Shown one piece after another: positions 58,158 through 64,000 of a DNA stretch of 64,000 nucleotides. Origin of the DNA: Myxococcales bacterium. GTDB lineage: Bacteria > Myxococcota_A > Polyangia > Polyangiales > DASUME01. The notes under the pieces were generated by a model. That model did no database searches and had not been told where the DNA came from. It saw only the letters and a program-made list of their open reading frames with translations. Position 1 is the stretch's first letter. Every line of letters begins with the position of its first letter. The translations under genes were made by a program, and so were the position numbers. Location: assembly GCA_047601445.1 (NCBI GenBank), contig JASGJH010000001.1, positions 8,288,001 through 8,352,000 of the forward strand, written 5' to 3'.

Positions 58158-58982
58158 ATGTCTCCCACGCTCTTGCGCCGTTCGCGCTGGGAAGCTGCAG
58201 TGCCGGTCCTCGCCTTCCTCATGGCGGCCGCCTGCGCGCTCTGGCAAATCCCCGCCTTGGCTCAATCCACCGAGCCCGAAAACGCGGACTACCGAAACTC
58301 CGTGGCGGAGGCGGTGGCCGAGTTCGAGGCCAAGAACTACGCCGAGTCGCTGGCGCTGTTCACGCGAGCTCACCACATCTTTCCCAATGCACGTACGCTG
58401 CGTGGCATCGGGATCGCAGAGTTCGAATTGCGCATGTACACGGCCTGCGTTCAGCACTTGCAGGGCGCGCTCGACTCGGACGTCAAGCCCATCAGCGGCA
58501 AGCTGCGCGACGACGCCAAGCGTCTGCTCGACCGTGCGCTGACCTTCGTGGGACGCGTGCGCATCACGGCGGAGCCCGCAGGCGCGCTCATCTTGGTGGA
58601 CGACGCGGCCTTTCAGCCCGACCCGGATGGCACTGCGCTGTTCGACATCGGCGAGCACCAAGTCGAGGCCAGCATGCCCGGCCGCCAGAGCGTGACGCGC
58701 ACGTTGACCCTGATTGGCGGAGAGACCAAGGAGCTCGCGCTGGTGCTGCCCGAGCCGCCCCCGCCTGTCGCGCCGACGGCGCCGACCCTGGCGCTCGCGG
58801 CGACCCCTGCGCCTGTCAAGAGCGAGCGACGCGCCTACAAGAACCCATGGCTATGGACCGCGGTGGGTGTGGTGATTGCAGGCGCTGCCGTGGGCGCCTA
58901 CTACGCGTTTAGCGCCGAGCCGAAGGTACGCATGGAACCTTTCTACGGAGGCGACACCAACGCGGTGTTGACGGGACCGTGA
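58158..58982 (+). CDS. TPR/PEGA-domain membrane protein
   Basis: Signal peptide, TPR-like helices, EPAGALILVD PEGA-like segment, YKNPWLWTAVG transmembrane motif. Confidence 0.8.
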   Translation: MSPTLLRRSRWEAAVPVLAFLMAAACALWQIPALAQSTEPENADYRNSVAEAVAEFEAKNYAESLALFTRAHHIFPNARTLRGIGIAEFELRMYTACVQHLQGALDSDVKPISGKLRDDAKRLLDRALTFVGRVRITAEPAGALILVDDAAFQPDPDGTALFDIGEHQVEASMPGRQSVTRTLTLIGGETKELALVLPEPPPPVAPTAPTLALAATPAPVKSERRAYKNPWLWTAVGVVIAGAAVGAYYAFSAEPKVRMEPFYGGDTNAVLTGP

Positions 58983-61075
58983 GGCACACGATGTCGATCC
59001 GCAGGCTGTCCTGGTTGTCCGTGCTGTGCCTGGCGCTGCTCGGTGGCTGTCCCGAGGACGTTACGCGACACGCGACGCAGGTCACCGTGTCCATCAACAG
59101 CGACCTCGCCGCGGGCATGCAGCTGACCCGCATCGAGGCCGAAGTGTTCGACGCCGAGGGCCAGCGCAGCGCCGTGGAGAGGCGCTCCTTCGAGGTCACC
59201 AGCACCCGTCCGCTCGAGGGCGAGGTGAGGTTACCGTTCTCCTTCGGCATCGCGCGCGGTGGGGCCTCGCGCTTCTTGCTGGTGATCACCGGGTACGGCC
59301 CTGGCGGGACGGGCCTCGAAGAGAAGGTCATCGAGCAGAAGTCCATCGCCAGCTTCCAACAGGAGCAAACGCTGCTGCTCAAGGTCTTCCTCGGTCGCGC
59401 CTGCCTGGGTGTCCTGTGTGGCGATGACCTGACCTGTTACCCGATGACGGAGGACAACGTCTTGGCCGGCCAGTGCGGGGCGATTCCTCAGGCTGAGCTC
59501 AAGCGCATCCACCCAGGAGAAGAGTCCCGCGCTTGGGATCCCAGCGGCCTCGGCACCGACGCGCGCGATGGCGCCGTGCCGGGCGACGATGGAAACGTGG
59601 CGGACGCTGGCCTCGATGGCTCGTTGAGCCCGGCCGACGGTGGCGACGGTAATCCGTGCCCCACCGGGTACCACCCCGAGAGCGGCTCCTGTGTCGACAC
59701 CGACGAGTGCGCGACCGACAACGGCGGTTGTGATCACACCTGCACCAACTCCAATGGCAAGTTCACCTGCTCCTGCGACATCGGCTACAAGCTTGCTAGC
59801 GACTCCCTGCATTGTGAGCTGCTCGCGTGGGGGCCCGAGGAGACCTTCGGCATCGATGGCGGCTCGCTCGGCAGCTACGACGTGGTCACGCGTTCCGGAC
59901 AGGCGTCCGAGATCATGTGGGACGACTACCAATACCCGAACCCCAGCCGTATCTGGCGTGCTCAAGGGAGCGCAGGCACGTGGCCAAGCGTGTCCTTCCG
60001 GGATCAGGGGACGAAGTCGGCCGAGACGCCTGTTCTCGCGAACCGTGGTGAGACCGTCTTCGCCTGGTGGTACGAGCAGTCGGCGCCCGACAACAGCTAT
60101 CACTTTTGGGGTAGCCGCACGACCGGCACCATGGACTGGAGTACGCCGATCCAGCTCGAGAACGAGTCCAACAACCGGCAGTCGATGGCGTCCGCGGTGC
60201 ACTCCAACGGCAGCGCCGTTCTAGCCTGGATCAACCTGGAAAGCGGACCTGGGGCCGCCTACGCCAAGGTCTACGACATGACCAAGGTCGCGTGGGTGCC
60301 CAGCGGAGTCGGCGGACAAATGGTGGGCGGCGTGGGTCGCTCGAACCTCATCCCTTCGGACATCGCCGTGGTGGCCACGGGCTACTCGGACTTCCTGATG
60401 GTCTGGAAGCAAATGCGGCAAACGCCGAGCGATGACCAAATTCGCCTCTGGTACAGTCGCTACACGAGCGCCGGTGGTTGGAGCACGGCCCAGTCCATCG
60501 CGGGCACCACCGACCCCGACATGCCGGCGCTCGCGGCCGACGCCAGCGGCAACGTCACCATGGCTTGGCGCGAGCAGGCCGGGGCCAAGCTGGTGTGGGG
60601 CTACTGCGCAATCGCCATGGCTTGTACACGCGGGGGAGAGATCGATTCGGCGCTCAACAACATGAACCAACCCGCTCAAGTCCTCATCGACGATGAAGGT
60701 GTGGTCACGCTCGTGTGGATCAGCCAGCCGGCCGGCGTGAGCCACACGCGCGTCACCTGGAGTCGCAAGCCAGTGGGCGGAAGCTTCAGCACGCCCGTCG
60801 CGCTCGGGAACTCCAGTGAGAACGCTACCGGTGTGCAAGCCGTGATGGATGGAGGCGGCAACGTCCTCGCTGTGTGGAGCGACATCACCGGCGAGTTCAC
60901 GACCTCGAGCGTATGGTGGAGCCGAAGTTTGCGCGGGCAGCCCTTTAGTCTGCCCGGGCTGCTTCAGGCCACGTCCGAGTACGCGCAAAGTCCGCGCATC
61001 ACCGTGCAGGCGAACGGCACCGCCACCGCGATCTGGAAGCAGGGCGACATGGGGCGCGTGCGCCGCCTACAGTAG
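58979..61075 (+). CDS. Lipoprotein with calcium-binding EGF-like domain and beta-propeller-like C-terminus
   Basis: Lipobox LGGC; DTDECATDNGGCDHTCTNSNGKFTCSCDIGY cbEGF pattern. Confidence 0.8.
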   Translation: MRHTMSIRRLSWLSVLCLALLGGCPEDVTRHATQVTVSINSDLAAGMQLTRIEAEVFDAEGQRSAVERRSFEVTSTRPLEGEVRLPFSFGIARGGASRFLLVITGYGPGGTGLEEKVIEQKSIASFQQEQTLLLKVFLGRACLGVLCGDDLTCYPMTEDNVLAGQCGAIPQAELKRIHPGEESRAWDPSGLGTDARDGAVPGDDGNVADAGLDGSLSPADGGDGNPCPTGYHPESGSCVDTDECATDNGGCDHTCTNSNGKFTCSCDIGYKLASDSLHCELLAWGPEETFGIDGGSLGSYDVVTRSGQASEIMWDDYQYPNPSRIWRAQGSAGTWPSVSFRDQGTKSAETPVLANRGETVFAWWYEQSAPDNSYHFWGSRTTGTMDWSTPIQLENESNNRQSMASAVHSNGSAVLAWINLESGPGAAYAKVYDMTKVAWVPSGVGGQMVGGVGRSNLIPSDIAVVATGYSDFLMVWKQMRQTPSDDQIRLWYSRYTSAGGWSTAQSIAGTTDPDMPALAADASGNVTMAWREQAGAKLVWGYCAIAMACTRGGEIDSALNNMNQPAQVLIDDEGVVTLVWISQPAGVSHTRVTWSRKPVGGSFSTPVALGNSSENATGVQAVMDGGGNVLAVWSDITGEFTTSSVWWSRSLRGQPFSLPGLLQATSEYAQSPRITVQANGTATAIWKQGDMGRVRRLQ

Positions 61076-61125
61076 AGCGTACGCGCCCTGTCGTCAGCCA
61101 TGGGAGCGCGTGCTTCTCGTGGGCT

Positions 61126-62595
61126 TCAAGGCGCGGGGCAGTTGCCGCCCTCCACGCAGGCCGTCCCGTAGCCCTGCGCCGTGCAGCAGGTGGAGGTCCC
61201 ATCCAGCAGCGCGGAGCACACCGCCTGGCAGGGACAGCTGTTGCACGTGGTCGCGGAAGCATACTGGCGACATTCGCCCTCCACGCACAGCTCGTTGCGA
61301 TCGCAGCGCCCGCCACACTTGCCGCAGTTCAACGGGTCGCTGTCGAAGTTGGTGCAGGAGCGGCGGTCGTTCACCGTGCACGTGTCCGGGGTCGGATCGG
61401 CACAGTCGCTGTTGGTGCAAGCTCCGGCCTGGCAGGCATCGCCCATTGCGCACTGGGAGCCGGCGGCGGGAGCGCATGCGCCGCAGTTTTGCGGGTTGGA
61501 GCTGGGGTCTACGCAGCGGTCGCCGCAACGCATGAGCCCGGGTCGGCAAACGCAGGCGCCCTGCTCGCACATTTCCGATCCCGAGCATTGTTGCGCATTG
61601 CCGCAGCTCGTCCCGCAGTGATCCGGATCATGAGCCAGGTCGCGACAGCCTCCTCCGCAGGCCGTGAGCCCCGGAGCACACGTGCACTCGCCATTGGCAC
61701 AGCCCGTTTCGAAGGGGCCGTTGCAGCTGTTGCCGCAGCTCCCGCAGTGGTTGGCGTCCGTGGCGGTGTTCACGCAGGCACCGCCTGCGCCACAGGCTTC
61801 CTGTCCTTGCGGGCAGCCACAACGTCCATCCACGCATTGAAGGGAGCCCGCCCCGAGCGCCGCGCAGTCTGCATTTTCCACGCATTGCACGCAGCTCAAG
61901 GTCGTCGGATCGCAGTGAGCGCCGCGTTGACTGCCGACGCAATTGGCGTCGCCCAGACACTCAACGCATAGCTTGCCCGCGGGGTCGCAGTAGGGCAGGG
62001 GCGCCGAGCAGTCTCCCGAGCTCTGGCAGGGCGGATGACATACGCCGCCCACACATTGCTCGCCCTGATCGCACTGGTGGCCGCAGCGTCCGCAGTTGGC
62101 CTCGTCGGTGCTGCGGTCCACGCACTGGCCGTTGCACGTCTCGGTGCTGCCAGGACAATCGCACATGCCGTCGACGCAGGCACGACCGCCCGTGCATTGG
62201 GCGTCGGCCGAGCATTCGCCGCAGACATGGGTTGCCAGGCTGCAGTAGGGGCGGTTGCCCCCGCAGTTGCCGTCGCCCACGCACTCGACGCAGCTCCCGC
62301 TGGCGCTGTCGCAATAGGGAGTAGACCCGCCGCAATCGCCGTGGCCGAGGCACTGCACGCATACGTTGCGCGGCATTGCGCAGTGGGGCTGGTTGGCGGG
62401 ACATTGCAGATCGCTCTGGCACGACACCAGGGGAACGCCTCCGCCGCCGTCCGTGAGCGACGCGTCGCCGCCCGGCACGTCGGCATCCATGTCCTTGCTG
62501 CCTCCTCCGTGTCCCCCATCTCCGCTGCATGCGCCGAGGGCCGCGAGCGAACACATCACCACCGCACGCGCAGCGAATCTCCATCCAAACTCCAT
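61126..62595 (-). CDS. Cys-rich repeat lipoprotein (myxobacterial)
   Basis: Lipobox LGAC; repeats CV.C..D..C and D..NCG.CG..C. Confidence 0.85.
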   Translation of the reverse strand: MEFGWRFAARAVVMCSLAALGACSGDGGHGGGSKDMDADVPGGDASLTDGGGGVPLVSCQSDLQCPANQPHCAMPRNVCVQCLGHGDCGGSTPYCDSASGSCVECVGDGNCGGNRPYCSLATHVCGECSADAQCTGGRACVDGMCDCPGSTETCNGQCVDRSTDEANCGRCGHQCDQGEQCVGGVCHPPCQSSGDCSAPLPYCDPAGKLCVECLGDANCVGSQRGAHCDPTTLSCVQCVENADCAALGAGSLQCVDGRCGCPQGQEACGAGGACVNTATDANHCGSCGNSCNGPFETGCANGECTCAPGLTACGGGCRDLAHDPDHCGTSCGNAQQCSGSEMCEQGACVCRPGLMRCGDRCVDPSSNPQNCGACAPAAGSQCAMGDACQAGACTNSDCADPTPDTCTVNDRRSCTNFDSDPLNCGKCGGRCDRNELCVEGECRQYASATTCNSCPCQAVCSALLDGTSTCCTAQGYGTACVEGGNCPAP

Positions 62596-62836
62596 ACAGC
62601 CTCCACCACGGTTGCGTCTTCAACGCCCCCATGGCCGGTGCCGCAGGAATCCATCACCGGAGCTCGAGGCGCGTTTCACGGCCCACAGAAAGGCATCGGC
62701 GGCTGCAGGACAATGTGGGGACGTTGCGGGGGCCGCCCCTTCGCTGACCCGAGGCGCCATCCGATGGGCCCGCGATGCGATTTCGCATCCCACGACGAGC
62801 CCGGCGGGCTCGGATTGCGTATGCTCGCGATTGGCC

Positions 62837-64000
62837 ATGACTTGGGACGAAAACGAGGTGTCCGCAGCCGAGGCGCCAGAGGGATGGGAAGGCGCAGATC
62901 CCCCCGATCAAGCGCATTTTGGCCGCTATCGCTTGATCGCCACCCTGGCGCAGGGGGGCATGGCCAACGTCTACCTCGGGGTCGGTCTGGGGCCGGCCGG
63001 CTTCAACAAGCTGATGGTGGTCAAGGCCCTGCGCGACGACGTGGCGGCTCACTCCGAGGACCTTGCCGCGATGTTCCTGGACGAGGCGCGTCTGTCGGCG
63101 CGCTTGAGCCACCCGAACATCGTGCAGACCTACGAGATCGGCGAGCACGGGCAGCGGTACTTCATGGTCATGGAGTACCTCGAAGGACAGCCCCTGCGGG
63201 TCGCCCAGCGGCGCCTGGGCAGGCTGGGGCTGCCTCTCGAGGAGGAGCTCCGCATCCTGGTCGAGACCGCCCGCGGGCTGCACCACGCCCACGAGCTGCG
63301 CGGCCTGCACGGCGAGTTTCTAGGGGTCGTGCATCGCGACGTCAGCCCGCAGAACGTCTTTCTTACGTACGACGGCCAAGTGAAGTTGCTCGACTTCGGG
63401 ATCGCCAAGGCCCGGGATGCCGATCACCTCACGAAGGTCGGGGTGATTCGGGGCAAGCTCGACTACATCGCACCCGAGCAAGTTCGGGGGGAGAAACTCG
63501 ACCGCCGCGCCGATGTGTTCTCGCTGGGCGCGATGCTGTGGGAAGCGCTGACGGGTCAACGCTTTGGTGGCGGCTCCCGCATGGCCGAGGTGACCAAGAT
63601 GCATCGCCGCCTGCTGGGGGCGGAGCCTGCGGCAGGGGAGCTCAATCCGGACCTGCCGGACACCCTGCGCAACATCGTCGAGCGGGCCCGGGCGCTCGAC
63701 CCTGCCGAGCGCTTTCCCACGGCAGCCGCGTTCGCCGAGGAGCTCGAACGGTTTCTGGGAACCATGGGAATGCATCCGACGGCCAAGACGCTGAGCGATC
63801 GCCTCGGGGTTCCGTTCGCGGCCGAGCGTGCTCGCATCAGCGGCTTGATCGAGCAGCAGGTCCGGCAGGCCGTGCAGAGCAACCAGCGGCTTTCGGCCTT
63901 GCCTAACCTCGGTCGCAGCGAGCGCGATAGCAGCACGGGGATGGGGACGGGGAGTCTTGGTAGCGCTGGCTCGAGCGCGTTTCTGACGCCGGACGGGCGC
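62837..64000 (+). CDS. Ser/Thr protein kinase (runs off the right edge)
   Basis: Manual translation MTWDENE...FGRYRLIATLAQGGMANVY...HRDVSPQN...DFGIAK...YIAPEQ. Not in the ORF track. Confidence 0.93.
   Translation, partial: MTWDENEVSAAEAPEGWEGADPPDQAHFGRYRLIATLAQGGMANVYLGVGLGPAGFNKLMVVKALRDDVAAHSEDLAAMFLDEARLSARLSHPNIVQTYEIGEHGQRYFMVMEYLEGQPLRVAQRRLGRLGLPLEEELRILVETARGLHHAHELRGLHGEFLGVVHRDVSPQNVFLTYDGQVKLLDFGIAKARDADHLTKVGVIRGKLDYIAPEQVRGEKLDRRADVFSLGAMLWEALTGQRFGGGSRMAEVTKMHRRLLGAEPAAGELNPDLPDTLRNIVERARALDPAERFPTAAAFAEELERFLGTMGMHPTAKTLSDRLGVPFAAERARISGLIEQQVRQAVQSNQRLSALPNLGRSERDSSTGMGTGSLGSAGSSAFLTPDGR

Overview
High-GC window from a myxobacterium-like genome. The assignment is inferred from gene content: Ser/Thr kinases, RCC1, PD40 and Cys-rich lipoproteins with GDGDG linkers, and an ECF-FecR cluster. 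I can support about 60 CDS and found no rRNA, tRNA, CRISPR array, integrase or transposase. Main blocks: (1) miscellaneous lipoprotein, stress and redox genes plus a 101-bp hairpin-rich tandem repeat (1-31.9 kb); (2) an arsenic-resistance cluster arsC-arsC-acr3-arsR / arsM-sigZ-like (31.9-35.8 kb); (3) an apparent O2-sensing island (35.8-46.4 kb) with a globin-coupled kinase, a receiver, a hybrid kinase and a sigma54 activator resembling Myxococcus NmpRSTU, flanked by USP, CBS, hemerythrin and CoA-transferase genes; (4) an ECF/FecR/PD40 cluster, sirtuin, LysR/MBL, JmjC and surface proteins (46.5-64 kb). In block 3 the regulatory layout can be read from the DNA: three pairs of GCGCA-N5-TGCGC-like sites spaced 29-30 bp apart, and five GG-N10-GC sigma54-type promoters. 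Other highlights are a dispersed family of intergenic palindromic elements, one of which appears to carry an internally deleted four-helix-bundle (Avd-like) gene, and a class A beta-lactamase with the Cys69/Cys238 pair seen in GES/KPC-type enzymes. Three frameshifts share the same extra-A signature and are probably sequencing errors. All family assignments come from motif recognition by eye; no database search was run.
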